The notes under the pieces were generated by a model that had not been told where the DNA came from, did not search any database, and saw only the letters and a list, made by a program, of their open reading frames with translations. Shown in pieces: positions 20,511 through 31,356 of a stretch of 64,000 bases of DNA. Each line of letters starts with the position of its first letter. Position 1 is the first letter of the stretch. The stretch covers positions 6,941 through 70,940 of the forward strand of contig DIDT01000018.1 of assembly GCA_002418285.1 (NCBI GenBank). The letters are read 5' to 3'. The translations under genes were made by a program, and so were the position numbers. Origin of the DNA: Phycisphaerales bacterium UBA5793. Lineage in GTDB: Bacteria; Planctomycetota; Phycisphaerae; Phycisphaerales; UBA5793.

Positions 20511-21851
20511 TCACGCCTTTACGAGTCGACTGCCCATAGTCGCCTCAAAGGCGTGAAGTACATTGCGTGTATCGATGACCAGTCGTGCGTGCTCCGCCAC
20601 CATTGAATAATCGAACGCATCATGGTTTGTTGCCACGAGCAGGGCGTCGAACGACTTTATAGAGCTCGCAGTCAACTCGACACTGTGCATTTGCAGGTCA
20701 TGTTTGCGCATCGGATGCGTGCGCGGTACGTGTGGATCAGAGTACTCGACGATTGCTCCGTGATCGCGCAAGAGTTCGATGAGCTCAAACGAGGGAGATT
20801 CTCGAATGTCGTCAACGTTGGGCTTGTATGCCAGGCCGAGTACGAGGACCTTTGAACCTCTTACCGCCTTTCCGTGCAAGTTGAGAGCATCGGTCACCTT
20901 GCCCATCACATAGTGCGGCATCGATGTGTTGATTTCGCCGGCGAGCTCAATGAACTTTGTCGGCCGACCGATTTCTTTGGCTTTCCACGTGAGGTAGAAG
21001 GGATCGATGGGAATGCAGTGTCCACCAAGACCAGGACCCGGGTAAAACGGCATGAAGCCAAATGGTTTTGTTGAGGCCGCCTGAATCACTTCCCAGACGT
21101 CGATACCCATGGGATCGAGTATCATCTTCATCTCATTGGCCATCGCGATGTTCACCGACCGGAAGATGTTCTCGAGGAGCTTGGCCGCCTCCGCGACTTC
21201 GGCAGAACGCACGGGAATCACTTGTTCCACGGCTCGCCGATACATGCGTACGGCGAGTTCCGTGGCGGCATCATCTAAGCCGCCGACGAGTTTTGGAATG
21301 GTCTTGGTGGAATGGGACTGCCGACCGGGGTCCTCACGTTCCGGTGAGTACGCCACGAAGAAATCCTTGCCGCACTGGAGCGGCTCACCGCCCGCTATCT
21401 TGGCCGCCTCCTGCATTGCGGGTAGAAACTCATCCCGAGTGGTGCCCGGATACGTCGTGGATTCCAGCACAATCAACTGCCCGCGCCGTAGTTTGGTGCC
21501 AATCCGCCGGCCTGCATCGATCACGTAGCTCAAATCAGGCTCGCGGTGGGCGCCCAGTGGTGTCGGCAAGCACACAATGATAACGTCGGGTTCGCTGAGG
21601 CGATCGAATGAGGTGGTAGCCTCGAATCGAACACTCGCTGCGAGCGTCGCCGTCATCTCCTGGCCGAGGTGCTTCAAGTAGTTCCGGCCGGAGGCCAGCG
21701 ACTCGATCTTGCTCGGATCCACGTCGAACCCGAGTACGCGGAATCCACCCGAATGCATCGCACTGGCAAGGGGGAGGCCGACATAGCCGAGGCCAATGAC
21801 GCCGATCGTCGCGTTACCTGAGTCGATTTGAGATTGAAGTGTGCTGTGCAT
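20511..21851 (-). CDS. Nucleotide-sugar dehydrogenase (UDP-HexNAc 6-dehydrogenase type)
   Basis: GLGYVGLP, LESTTYPGTT, SPEREDPG, GLGGHCIPIDP, GLAYKPNVDDIRESP. Confidence 0.93.
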   Translation of the reverse strand: MHSTLQSQIDSGNATIGVIGLGYVGLPLASAMHSGGFRVLGFDVDPSKIESLASGRNYLKHLGQEMTATLAASVRFEATTSFDRLSEPDVIIVCLPTPLGAHREPDLSYVIDAGRRIGTKLRRGQLIVLESTTYPGTTRDEFLPAMQEAAKIAGGEPLQCGKDFFVAYSPEREDPGRQSHSTKTIPKLVGGLDDAATELAVRMYRRAVEQVIPVRSAEVAEAAKLLENIFRSVNIAMANEMKMILDPMGIDVWEVIQAASTKPFGFMPFYPGPGLGGHCIPIDPFYLTWKAKEIGRPTKFIELAGEINTSMPHYVMGKVTDALNLHGKAVRGSKVLVLGLAYKPNVDDIRESPSFELIELLRDHGAIVEYSDPHVPRTHPMRKHDLQMHSVELTASSIKSFDALLVATNHDAFDYSMVAEHARLVIDTRNVLHAFEATMGSRLVKA

Positions 21852-21903
21852 GCTTTGTTCAGGGACTCGAGAGAGGTGCTGTTGGTTTACCGTCAATCGT
21901 GGT

Positions 21904-22803
21904 TCAGGCCGGATGAGATGAGCGACGTCGTCGCATCGCTGCGGACAGCATGAGGCGGATGGCAAATGGGACGCCCTCGACAAGGTATCTTCTCCAGAGT
22001 CGGCCGGGTTCCTGCACCATACGGTGTATCCACTCGAGACCCAGTTGCTGCATCCATTGCGGCGCCCGCTTTACTTCGCCACATACAAAGCTGAAGCTGA
22101 TTCCAACACCCATCCACCAAGCACCTGGTAGCAAATCGCGCAGTTTGCGAATGATCAGTTCCTGCTTTGGTGAACCCATCGCCACGTAGACGATGTCAGG
22201 TCGGGTGTCCTTGAGAGTTCGCTTCAACTGTTCGAACTTCTCAACGTTCTTTTCGGAGCCAAGTGGAGCCGGGTCAGTTCCCGCGATCCTCAAGGAAGGA
22301 AAGCGAGACCTCAACATGTTGGCCGCCTCGGACGCAGTATCGCCATCTCCACCGAGCAGGAAAATCGAACGATCCTGTGATGCGGCGGCTTCGGTCAGTG
22401 ACCAAATCAGGCTCGAACCTGTCACACGCTCCGGAAGTGGCGTCCCTTGCAGTCGGCTCGCCCACACAAGCGGCATGCCGTCAGCCACACGAATATCGGA
22501 CTCATCACACAAGTCAGCGAAAGCCCGATCGTTGACGAGTCGACGCAGGTGGTCCAAGTTGTGCGTCACTACCCAGCCGCCTCTGCTTGCACAAATCGAC
22601 GCGAGAATACGCTCGATGCACTCTGCTTCAGTCAATGCATCGATTGGAAAGCCGAGGAGGTGAATTCGGCCCGAAGATTCGAGTGCGGAGTATGCTTTCA
22701 CTTCAGGTTGTGATCGATCCACTTCATCCACTCCACATCGATCGGACACGCTCGCGTCGCTGCGTGGGTCTGCATGCATGCTGGCCACCGATTCGCCGCT
22801 CAT
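21904..22803 (-). CDS. WecB/TagA/CpsF-family glycosyltransferase
   Basis: ADGMPLVW, ERVTGS, AMGSPKQE, RAPQWMQQLGLEW. Confidence 0.92.
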   Translation of the reverse strand: MSGESVASMHADPRSDASVSDRCGVDEVDRSQPEVKAYSALESSGRIHLLGFPIDALTEAECIERILASICASRGGWVVTHNLDHLRRLVNDRAFADLCDESDIRVADGMPLVWASRLQGTPLPERVTGSSLIWSLTEAAASQDRSIFLLGGDGDTASEAANMLRSRFPSLRIAGTDPAPLGSEKNVEKFEQLKRTLKDTRPDIVYVAMGSPKQELIIRKLRDLLPGAWWMGVGISFSFVCGEVKRAPQWMQQLGLEWIHRMVQEPGRLWRRYLVEGVPFAIRLMLSAAMRRRRSSHPA

Positions 22804-23780
22804 GAAGCAGTCAACGGTTGGGCGGCTGTCGATTCAGATCCCTGATTGGGTTTCGTCGACCTTGTAGCAAAGACCGATGCCTGTCGTCGATCCAATTCAT
22901 CCGTGGCTCGTCGTTTACCTTTCAGCAAACACTGCCATTGGTAATGGCGAAGAAACCCGCGGAATTCGGGGTCGTCATATCGCGGCCGCCGGGCAAGCAT
23001 TGCCTTCACGAATCCCCACCACATGGCCAGACCACCAAGGAGCACGGGAGGTCGAGTCATGCGGTAGAGTGCACTGACCGTCATGTATGCCAGGCTCGTG
23101 CCCATGAAATACTGACCAGCACCGTGGCGCATGCGGCCGGTCCACCATCCTGTGTCACTCGTCCCCATCGGCCTCAGGTGAATGAACCGAAGCTCAGGGT
23201 CATCCCAACTGCACGCCTTCCAGCCAAGCATGCGACATCGATGGCAGTCGATGCCATCCCACATAACCTGACGTACAAACCCACCTATTTGTTGAAAGCA
23301 CTCACGGCGATAGAGTTTTGCAGCACCGACGGACATCTCTTCTGAGATCTTCTCGCTAACCATCCTCTTCGTATAATGTTCGATATAATAGGCCATCCCG
23401 CTACAGGTTCCAATGCGTGGGTTCTCCTCCATCCTCTGAATAAGTGTCTCAAAATAATTCTTCGGCATGTCCAGATCGAGATCGAGCTTGCAAAGGAACT
23501 CAAACTGGTTCAGTTCAATGGTTGCGAGTCCTGCATAGAATGCGGAGATGACGCCGGGGCCAACTGATCGTTGTCCGCGGTCGTCTCTGCGCACTATGCG
23601 AATCAGGTCGCACTGTCTTGCGTACTCCTCCAGGATTCGTGGAGTTTCGTCAGTCGAACCGTCATCGACAATCACCCAGAGAGAGGGCGGCGTGGTCTGG
23701 CCGAGGATGCTGTCGAGGGTACGACGCATGAACTCACTTTCGTCGCGACAGGGCGAGATAATGCAGTAGCGAGAAATCAT
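22800..23780 (-). CDS. GT2 glycosyltransferase
   Basis: IISPCRDE, VDDGSTD, KLDLD. Confidence 0.9.
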   Translation of the reverse strand: MISRYCIISPCRDESEFMRRTLDSILGQTTPPSLWVIVDDGSTDETPRILEEYARQCDLIRIVRRDDRGQRSVGPGVISAFYAGLATIELNQFEFLCKLDLDLDMPKNYFETLIQRMEENPRIGTCSGMAYYIEHYTKRMVSEKISEEMSVGAAKLYRRECFQQIGGFVRQVMWDGIDCHRCRMLGWKACSWDDPELRFIHLRPMGTSDTGWWTGRMRHGAGQYFMGTSLAYMTVSALYRMTRPPVLLGGLAMWWGFVKAMLARRPRYDDPEFRGFLRHYQWQCLLKGKRRATDELDRRQASVFATRSTKPNQGSESTAAQPLTAS

Positions 23781-25078
23781 GAGGTTGCACGAGATGACCG
23801 AGGTTGCCCCCAGTTTGGTCGATCATCTGTGATATTGTGTTGTTCGATTGCACGGAAGGCAATTATCTGCAACAGCGCGCGATCAAGACGAGATAGGTTT
23901 TCGGAAAGCGAGAACTCACTCTTGACTCGTTCGCGCCCGGCTCGTCCAATTGATTCTCGAAGCTCACGATTGCGTGCACACGTTCGGATGAGCGTCACTA
24001 AATCCAACTCATCCGATGTGTCGGCACAGAAGCCTGTAACCGATGAGTCGACCAGTTCACGAATGGTGGGCAAATCGCCTGTAATCACGGGAACTCCCAT
24101 CGACATCGCTTCCATCAGCGAGACCGGGATTCCGTCCCGATCGCCGCGTTCATCCTCACGACACGGGAGCAGAAACAAATCAACGGTGGCGAGCCGAGCG
24201 CGGACTTCGTCGTTGCTTAGTGCGCCAGCAAACACCACGCGCGACTGGCAGCCCAACTCTTCGGACAAAGCTCGCAATCGGGCTTGCTCGGGACCAACGC
24301 CGATGATCTGGAATGACCATTGTTCCTCAGTCTTGGACAATGCCCGCAGCGCAAGATCAATGCCTTTCTTGGGGACCAAGCGACAAACTGTCGCCACACG
24401 CAGTGAACTGCTCACTGGTCGGTAGTGGTGGGGGGTCCATGTGTGCGTATCAACTCCGCAACGGATCACTCGGTACCGATCAGATCGGTCATCACAGATC
24501 GATCGGTACCATGATCGATGCCATTGGCTGATGCACGACAGGAAAGCGGCACGCTCGAGTTTCCGCTTTAGGAGTATCCGTCGCTCGAATAAATCGTTGG
24601 CGTGTCCGACGAAGCTGAATGTCAGTCGGGAGGCGTGAGCTGCATACATACCAATAGTCGTTGGTGCGTGCGCGAAGTGACAATGCACATGTTCCACACC
24701 ACGTCGCCGAAGCCATCTTCCGACCGAAAGACCTACCGCAGCGTGACACAAGACCTTCGCGCGATCTTTCAGTGCAAGGGGCTCCCCCGGAGCAATCGCA
24801 TCTCGCATGCCGAGGCCAAGTGTGCGGATTGTGCAGATTGGCGAAATCAGTATCGCCGCCATCACTGACCAGAGTACCGACAAGGTTCCTTGGCCATAGA
24901 CACATCTGTTCGCGCCTGGAACATTGGTGGGTAAGTCGGACCCCGCGGGCCAGAGAGACACAGTCAGAACCCGCCAACCAAGCGCCTTCAGTCCGACGAT
25001 TTCACGTACAACGAATGTCTCGCTAAGGGCGGGGTAGCGGCCGACAATCACTGCCACTGTCCCCTTCTCACTATTCAT
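23777..25078 (-). CDS. GT4 glycosyltransferase (WcaL-like)
   Basis: SETFVVREI, HCHFA, RLVPKKG, DGIPVSLMEAM. Confidence 0.9.
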   Translation of the reverse strand: MNSEKGTVAVIVGRYPALSETFVVREIVGLKALGWRVLTVSLWPAGSDLPTNVPGANRCVYGQGTLSVLWSVMAAILISPICTIRTLGLGMRDAIAPGEPLALKDRAKVLCHAAVGLSVGRWLRRRGVEHVHCHFAHAPTTIGMYAAHASRLTFSFVGHANDLFERRILLKRKLERAAFLSCISQWHRSWYRSICDDRSDRYRVIRCGVDTHTWTPHHYRPVSSSLRVATVCRLVPKKGIDLALRALSKTEEQWSFQIIGVGPEQARLRALSEELGCQSRVVFAGALSNDEVRARLATVDLFLLPCREDERGDRDGIPVSLMEAMSMGVPVITGDLPTIRELVDSSVTGFCADTSDELDLVTLIRTCARNRELRESIGRAGRERVKSEFSLSENLSRLDRALLQIIAFRAIEQHNITDDRPNWGQPRSSRATS

Positions 25079-26103
25079 GCACTCTGTTTTTCCACAGAAG
25101 GATTCTTGTACTCGATGAGATTGATCTGATGGCCCCGGAATCGGTTGATCCAATAGGCGACGATGCCGATGACCGCCGCAGGTTTCCCAATCAGACAGAA
25201 CGTCGCGTAAAGCAATGAATCAGAGTGAAGGTTGCCAAGACGTCGGCGATGTAGCGCGATTCGCGCCCACTGCAGGATCAACATTGCCATGGCAACCCCG
25301 CAAACTAGCCAAAGCGATGGCTTCAAGAAACCCACAACCAGAAAGGACAGCAGAATGAGCGGTACTCCCGCTCCCCAGATCAGAGAACTCCACACTCGCC
25401 GGACATTGTGGCGGAATGGGCCGTGACCGTGCAGAGCCGCACCTTCGGCATAGGCATGTCCAGTTCGCACTGCCCGCTTCCACCACTGGCCAAACCGTGT
25501 CATCGCGGCGTCGTGCCGGCCCATTTCATGCTCAATCTGGCGGATCTGCCAGCCGAGTTCGCGAGAGCGAACACACAACTCTGGCTCCTCACCCGCGATC
25601 AGTAACTCGTTGAAGCCACCGGTTGCATCGAATGCCACGACTCTCACCATGAAAACCCCGCCGATGGCTTCCGTGAGTCCAGGCGATCGCTCCCATTCGA
25701 GATCACACAGGCGGTTATATCGGGACCCCTCTCGATTGACTTCTCGTAGTCGGCCTGCAACTAGGCCAACGGACGTATTCTCCCTGAAAACCTGGCGCGC
25801 CGCATCCAACCACCCATGCTCAAGCGCGCAATCACCATCGAGGAACTGGACGAATCCGACATCCGGTTTCAACTCCTTCATCCGGGCAAAGCCAGTGTTT
25901 CGGGCTCGGGCTGCAGTGAAGGGTAGTGAGGAGTCCAATTCCACCACTTCCGCACCCGTTGCTCGTGCTAATTGCACGCTCCCATCGATCGATCCGGAAT
26001 CGACGTAGACGACCGGTACTGTACTTGGGACAACGGACTCCAACGCACTTCTCAGTCGCGCACCCTCATTTCGACCAATGATAACGACGCCGATATCATC
26101 CAT
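25075..26103 (-). CDS. GT2 glycosyltransferase
   Basis: VVIIGRNEG, VDSGSIDGS, FLDGDC, AGEEPELC; C-terminal TMs. Confidence 0.9.
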   Translation of the reverse strand: MDDIGVVIIGRNEGARLRSALESVVPSTVPVVYVDSGSIDGSVQLARATGAEVVELDSSLPFTAARARNTGFARMKELKPDVGFVQFLDGDCALEHGWLDAARQVFRENTSVGLVAGRLREVNREGSRYNRLCDLEWERSPGLTEAIGGVFMVRVVAFDATGGFNELLIAGEEPELCVRSRELGWQIRQIEHEMGRHDAAMTRFGQWWKRAVRTGHAYAEGAALHGHGPFRHNVRRVWSSLIWGAGVPLILLSFLVVGFLKPSLWLVCGVAMAMLILQWARIALHRRRLGNLHSDSLLYATFCLIGKPAAVIGIVAYWINRFRGHQINLIEYKNPSVEKQSA

Positions 26104-26112
26104 TAACAACTA

Positions 26113-27278
26113 GTGTCCCGACTTGAAGAATAGCGCAACCGGTGTAGGGTGTGGTGCGAATGGTCTCCGGAATACACTGGAGGCCAACCATGAGTACGCG
26201 AGCGGCACTGAACGTCACCGATGTGGAGCGGGCGGAACTTCAACTGCTCGTGCGGCGGCCGGGCACACCGCATGGGCTGGCGACGCGCTGCAAGGTGATT
26301 CTGCTCGACGAGCAGGGCCTGACTTACGCCGAGATCGGCGCCAAACTTGATCTGCGTGAGCAGACGGTCCTCAAGTGGCGCAATCGATTTCTCAAGCATC
26401 GAATCGTGGGACTGAAAGACAAGCCGCGGCCGGGCGTGAAGCGCACCATCACCGACGCCATGATCGCTCAAGTCGTGCGCAAGACGCTCGAAGAGAAGCC
26501 GCCGGACGCGACGCACTGGAGCCTGCGCAGCATGGCGGCGGCGTCGGGGGTGTCGCGCAGCAGCGTGAACAAGATCTGGCGGGCGTTCAACCTGCAGCCG
26601 CACCGGTCCGAGACGTTCAAACTGTCGCGTGACCCGCACTTCGTCGAAAAGGTGCGCGACATCGTCGGGCTGTACCTGAGTCCGCCGGAGAACGCGGTGG
26701 TGATTTGCGTCGATGAAAAGAGCCAGATGCAGGCGCTGGATCGCACGCAGCCGATGCTGCCGATGATGCGTGGGCAGGTGGAGCGACGCACGCACGACTA
26801 CGTTCGACACGGCACGAGCAGCCTCTTCGCGGCCCTGATGGTCAAGACGGGAGTGGTGATCGGCAAGTGTCAGCCGCGGCATCGGCACCAGGAGTTCATC
26901 AAGTTCCTCAACACGATCGATGAAGTCATCTGCGAAACGGAATCGGCTGACACGAGCGTACATCTCGTGCTGGACAACTACGCGACGCACAAGACGCCAG
27001 CGGTGCAGCGCTGGCTCAAACGTCATCTGCGTTACCACCTGCACTTCACGCCAACGAGCGCGAACTGGCTCAACCAGGTGGAGCGGGTGTTCGCCGACCT
27101 GGCGGAGAAGCAACTGCGGCGTGGCGTGTTCACGAGCGTGTCGGCGTTGGAGAAGACGGCGCTGGATTACATCGATGCGAGGAACGAAGACGCCAAGCCC
27201 TTCGTCTGGACCGCCGACGCCCACACCATCCTCAGCCGCGTCGCCAGGAATCATGCGAGAATCTCGGAGTCAGGACAC
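26113..27278 (+). mobile_element. IS630-family insertion sequence (single ORF)
   Basis: IRs GTGTCCCGACT / AGTCAGGACAC with TA duplication in CTAG. Confidence 0.92.
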
Positions 27279-27281
27279 TAG
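26190..27281 (+). CDS. IS630 transposase
   Basis: THWSLR, CVDEKS, HDYVRHGT, LDNYATHK, WLNQVE; stop codon overlaps the TA target. Confidence 0.93.
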   Translation: MSTRAALNVTDVERAELQLLVRRPGTPHGLATRCKVILLDEQGLTYAEIGAKLDLREQTVLKWRNRFLKHRIVGLKDKPRPGVKRTITDAMIAQVVRKTLEEKPPDATHWSLRSMAAASGVSRSSVNKIWRAFNLQPHRSETFKLSRDPHFVEKVRDIVGLYLSPPENAVVICVDEKSQMQALDRTQPMLPMMRGQVERRTHDYVRHGTSSLFAALMVKTGVVIGKCQPRHRHQEFIKFLNTIDEVICETESADTSVHLVLDNYATHKTPAVQRWLKRHLRYHLHFTPTSANWLNQVERVFADLAEKQLRRGVFTSVSALEKTALDYIDARNEDAKPFVWTADAHTILSRVARNHARISESGH

Positions 27282-28382
27282 CCTTCGCTTGATGTGCAGT
27301 GCCTGTCCGGTGACGAGTGCCCGAACGTCGCCACCAAGCAGGTCAAGCGTAAACCGCGTAGGATCATCAATCGTTGATCCACCAAGCCGAAGCAGCCTTC
27401 GTATCAGCAAGCTCATGCGACCGATGCTCCACAACAGATCTGCCCACAGCCAACCCAAGATACCGTAGTGCTTGATGAAGAAGCGTCGTCGCGATTCGTA
27501 CCACCATCGCCCACGACGCGACTGGCAGCGGCGAATGCCGGTCGCGCTTCCTTCGAGATGCACGACCTCCGCGCGAGGATCGAGCCAAACCTGCCAACCA
27601 GCCTCTCTCGCGCGGCGACAGAAGTCGACTTCTTCGAAGTAGAGGAAATAGTCCTCGTCGAGCAGTCCAATTTGATCGATCGCCCCGCGGCGAATCAACA
27701 TCGCGGCTCCAGACACCCAGTCGCATCCGGTCGGTTCATTGCTGTTGACGACCGGATCGGCGACGCGCGGGAGCAGGCGTTCCAGAACGCCGAGTTGGGA
27801 ACTGCCCATGAATTCGCGGAGGGGTGACGGGAATCGGTGCGCCGATCGCTGCGACCGTCCGTTCTCGTCTAGCAGTTGCGCGCCAACAACGCCGACCTCG
27901 GAATGTTCGTCGAGAAATGCCGCTAGTCGGTTGACGGCACTCGGCGCTACGACTGTGTCCGGATTAAGTAGAAGATATTGGTCCGCGTTGACCATTCGGA
28001 TACCGAGGTTGTTCCCAGCCGCGAAGCCACGATTAGCGGGCGATGGAACCAATTCCACGGCACCAGACCAGCCATGCGCTTCAATTGCCGCATTGATCAA
28101 GTTGAGCGACGCATCTTCGGAAGCGTTATCGACGACTACGACTTGTGCCGCGGGTGAGCTTGCATGGCCACGCTCAGACATCAAGGATCGAATACAATCG
28201 ACAGTGAGCTCCGGTGTGCGGTAGTTCACAATGATGATCGCCAGTCTCACCCGATCGCGACGCGGGGCCCGTTTAGATCTCCGATTGATGGAGTCTTCGT
28301 TCTGCTCTATCGTCGCAGCCTCCCGAGGATCAGTCGGTTGTGCCGCCGATCTTGCCAGAAAGCGCCGTCTCAGGCGTCGCAT
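27270..28382 (-). CDS. GT2 glycosyltransferase
   Basis: IIVNYRT, VDNAS, GFAAGNN, LLNPD, FLYFEEVDFC; last codons come from the IS end; start uncertain. Confidence 0.88.
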   Translation of the reverse strand: MRRLRRRFLARSAAQPTDPREAATIEQNEDSINRRSKRAPRRDRVRLAIIIVNYRTPELTVDCIRSLMSERGHASSPAAQVVVVDNASEDASLNLINAAIEAHGWSGAVELVPSPANRGFAAGNNLGIRMVNADQYLLLNPDTVVAPSAVNRLAAFLDEHSEVGVVGAQLLDENGRSQRSAHRFPSPLREFMGSSQLGVLERLLPRVADPVVNSNEPTGCDWVSGAAMLIRRGAIDQIGLLDEDYFLYFEEVDFCRRAREAGWQVWLDPRAEVVHLEGSATGIRRCQSRRGRWWYESRRRFFIKHYGILGWLWADLLWSIGRMSLLIRRLLRLGGSTIDDPTRFTLDLLGGDVRALVTGQALHIKRRLVS

Positions 28383-29733
28383 ATTGAGTTCGCTCAAGGG
28401 TGAGAATTGGTCGTGTACTTCGCGCGCGATGCTGGCATGCCGCTGCAGTCACGCTCGTCAAGCTGCCCGTGACGACAAGGAACGCCGGGTTGAACATTGC
28501 ATTAAACAGTGTGTCCACCATCCAAAGTGTAAGCAGCAATGCCTCAATCAACGCAAGTCCAGCCAGCGGATCGGGAATCTTGTCGAGCACCTTCTTCCGA
28601 GCCACTGAGAGCACCGGGAGGATCATTGCCGTCATCCAAGCCAGCAGCCCGAGAAAGCCGTTCTTCCCAAAGTGGATAATCCACATTCCGTCCGATGTAG
28701 AGGTTTGATCGCCCCATTCGTCAAGAACCTGGAACCGATAGCCCCACCCAAAGAGGGGTCGCTGTCTGGCGCGATTTGCGAGGATCACTTCGTTGTCTAG
28801 TCGAGTGCGCAGCGAGTCGGCCCGCTCAGAAGCAGTCGGTGTTGCTTGAACAATCGCGAGCATTTCATCCCCGTTCCACAGCCCCGTCGCTCGCGCGCCT
28901 TGGTAGGCGGTGACAAAACAGAGGATTGAGACTACGACAGTGCGAAGCAGCGCCGGCCTGCGAAGCCACAACATGCTTCCGCCAACGAATAGCAGGACAA
29001 TCGCGCCTGTGGATTTACACATCACCGCAGTGACCAGCAAAACAGCACATAGGAAACCCATCGGCATCCCCAAGAGTCGATCAGTGAATCCCGATCGCCA
29101 CAGCCCGACCGTTACTAGCGCCGCCGCAGTCATCCACATTCCCACGGCGAGGCCGTGCTGCATGAACACCATCGGTCGCCATCCGCCGAACCGGATGGTC
29201 TGGACCCACACGTGCTGGATGTAGCCATACATCTGATAATGCAGCTTTGGGCTCATCCGCACTTCGTACAAGCAGAGCGGAACGTACGTCAACCCACCGA
29301 TCACAATTGCGAAAAGCAGCTCCCGCAATCCAGGCTCATCATCGCAATATACCCGGCCAAGAAGGTATGGAATGCCCCACATAATGGTCTGCCCCAGCGT
29401 GGCCGACAGGCCATCATACGGTCCAAGCCCGCTCGTCACTGAGGAGAGGAAGGGGCATACAGCCCATACAACCATTGGCAGATCCCAGACTCGAAAGCGG
29501 AACGCAAAAAGCTGCTTTCCGTCGAACATCAGCGCACCAAGCAGGGTTGACAGGTTCACGGCTGCGACTTTGTTATAGTCTGGCAGCCCTGGTATTGAGT
29601 ACGAAGCAATTGGCAGCAGCAGCCATCCCCCGATGATCGACGCCAACATCGCTTGGCGCGGCTTCAAAACTGCGAACAACAACAACGCCATGCCGATCCA
29701 GCCCCAGAGCATGATAGGAACCATGGAATTCAC
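28330..29733 (-). CDS. Wzy polymerase / O-antigen ligase-like membrane protein
   Basis: Many TMs; CKSTGA and RPLFGWG loop motifs; EPS context. Confidence 0.78.
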   Translation of the reverse strand: MNSMVPIMLWGWIGMALLLFAVLKPRQAMLASIIGGWLLLPIASYSIPGLPDYNKVAAVNLSTLLGALMFDGKQLFAFRFRVWDLPMVVWAVCPFLSSVTSGLGPYDGLSATLGQTIMWGIPYLLGRVYCDDEPGLRELLFAIVIGGLTYVPLCLYEVRMSPKLHYQMYGYIQHVWVQTIRFGGWRPMVFMQHGLAVGMWMTAAALVTVGLWRSGFTDRLLGMPMGFLCAVLLVTAVMCKSTGAIVLLFVGGSMLWLRRPALLRTVVVSILCFVTAYQGARATGLWNGDEMLAIVQATPTASERADSLRTRLDNEVILANRARQRPLFGWGYRFQVLDEWGDQTSTSDGMWIIHFGKNGFLGLLAWMTAMILPVLSVARKKVLDKIPDPLAGLALIEALLLTLWMVDTLFNAMFNPAFLVVTGSLTSVTAAACQHRARSTRPILTLERTQYATPETALSGKIGGTTD

Positions 29734-31271
29734 GGCAAACCTGACATCCGTGATCGTTGGCGCAACACGGGTATGTGGAGATCTGGCACAAGTTCCCGAA
29801 GAACGGCAGGAGCGACTACGAATGCAGTGAGCAACCAGACGACAACACCCGCCCCCGACGATACCCAGATGTTAGTGTCAACGCCTACGCTGCGAAGTCC
29901 ATATAAAAACAGAAGATACATGGCTGTGGCGGCAAGTCCTGGGAATGTCACGCTAGCATCCTGATTGAGAATGTTCGTATGGTAACGACGCATCCACAAA
30001 CCAAGTGTCAGTTCGCCGGCTGCTGTCCCGGCGGAGTAGCCAATAATGAAACCGGAGAGACTGAAGAAGTGGAATCCGGTCAGCGCCCCACCGAGGGTTA
30101 CGATCACATTTAACATGTTGCCTACGGCCAGCGCCTTGCTATCGCCCAGAGCGAGGAGAACGCTACTGGTGGTGGCATTCAGCACAGATACCCAGGCCGA
30201 AAACGCTAACAGCTGTGCAATCCATGCTGCATCCGCATATCGATCGTCGTACAAATGAAAAAATGCCGGGGCAAAAAACGCTACGCCGAGGCAAATCAAA
30301 AGTCCTATGCGGAGAAGCACCTCTCGCGCACGTATCACTGTCTCGTGAATGCTCTGTCGGGTAGTTCTTAGTTGCTCTGACAGCACAGGCAGCAATACAA
30401 AACTCGAAAGCGCCTGTAGAAGATCGCGTGGTACGTTTGCGAGTACAAGGGCAATGCTATATACACCCAGAGTAGCCATTGGGATGAGCCGACCGAGCAT
30501 AAGCCGATCAAGCTGCATCGCGAAAAAGGTCAATAGTGTAGATAGAAGTATCCACTTCCCAAATCCAATGAGTTCGCGAAGTGCACTGCGCTCAAGGCGA
30601 AATCGATGTTTGATTGATGGCAGAAGCAGAAAGCCCAGTCCAAGTCTGAGCACAGTTCCAATCAGGGCTCCAATCACAAGCGCCCATACACTACGCAGCC
30701 ACCATGCCAGGGCAATCAATGCTACTAGATTAATGGTTGCGACCAGCCAGCTGATGAGAGTGATTCTAGCACGCAGCATTGCGCGGTCATGCATTGGCCA
30801 GCCTGTACTATGGAAGCCGGCGATAAAGAGATTCAGCCCGCAAATAGGAAGTAGCCAAGCTAATGCAGGTTCGTTGTATATAATGGTGGCCGGCCATGCG
30901 CAAGCGCAGCACATGAGCCATAGGCAAAAGCCGCGCAAGATTTGGAGTGTCCATGCAGTCTGGAGAAACACAGGAGACTCTGCCCTCTGGCTTTGAATGA
31001 TGTTCGGCGAGAGTCCCATGTCTGAACACATTGCCAAGCCTTGCATGATAACTGAGACTAGAGCCATAAGGCCAAATGCTTCAGGAAAAAGCAAATGCGT
31101 CAAAACAAGGCTACGAGTGAGCTGTATGGCCATGTTGACTGCGGGTGAAGCGGTTGTCCAAGCTGATGCGTGGAGAAGACGACGTCGTAAAGATGGAGTG
31201 ACTGCGTTGTCAATGCCAGCTGACCCACACGTTCTGAAGCTGTCTTGACAGGATTTCGGAGATCGCATCAT
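29730..31271 (-). CDS. wzx: Wzx oligosaccharide flippase
   Basis: LFPEAFGLMA, DMGL, QLDRLMLGRL, LGVYSIA; multiple TMs. Confidence 0.88.
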   Translation of the reverse strand: MMRSPKSCQDSFRTCGSAGIDNAVTPSLRRRLLHASAWTTASPAVNMAIQLTRSLVLTHLLFPEAFGLMALVSVIMQGLAMCSDMGLSPNIIQSQRAESPVFLQTAWTLQILRGFCLWLMCCACAWPATIIYNEPALAWLLPICGLNLFIAGFHSTGWPMHDRAMLRARITLISWLVATINLVALIALAWWLRSVWALVIGALIGTVLRLGLGFLLLPSIKHRFRLERSALRELIGFGKWILLSTLLTFFAMQLDRLMLGRLIPMATLGVYSIALVLANVPRDLLQALSSFVLLPVLSEQLRTTRQSIHETVIRAREVLLRIGLLICLGVAFFAPAFFHLYDDRYADAAWIAQLLAFSAWVSVLNATTSSVLLALGDSKALAVGNMLNVIVTLGGALTGFHFFSLSGFIIGYSAGTAAGELTLGLWMRRYHTNILNQDASVTFPGLAATAMYLLFLYGLRSVGVDTNIWVSSGAGVVVWLLTAFVVAPAVLRELVPDLHIPVLRQRSRMSGLP

Positions 31272-31356
31272 CGTAGGACAGTCATAGATAGCGATACTAA
31301 CTATCTAGTTGTGACCGATTAGTGCGGTTCGCAGCGACGCTGTTGCGAACGAGCAA

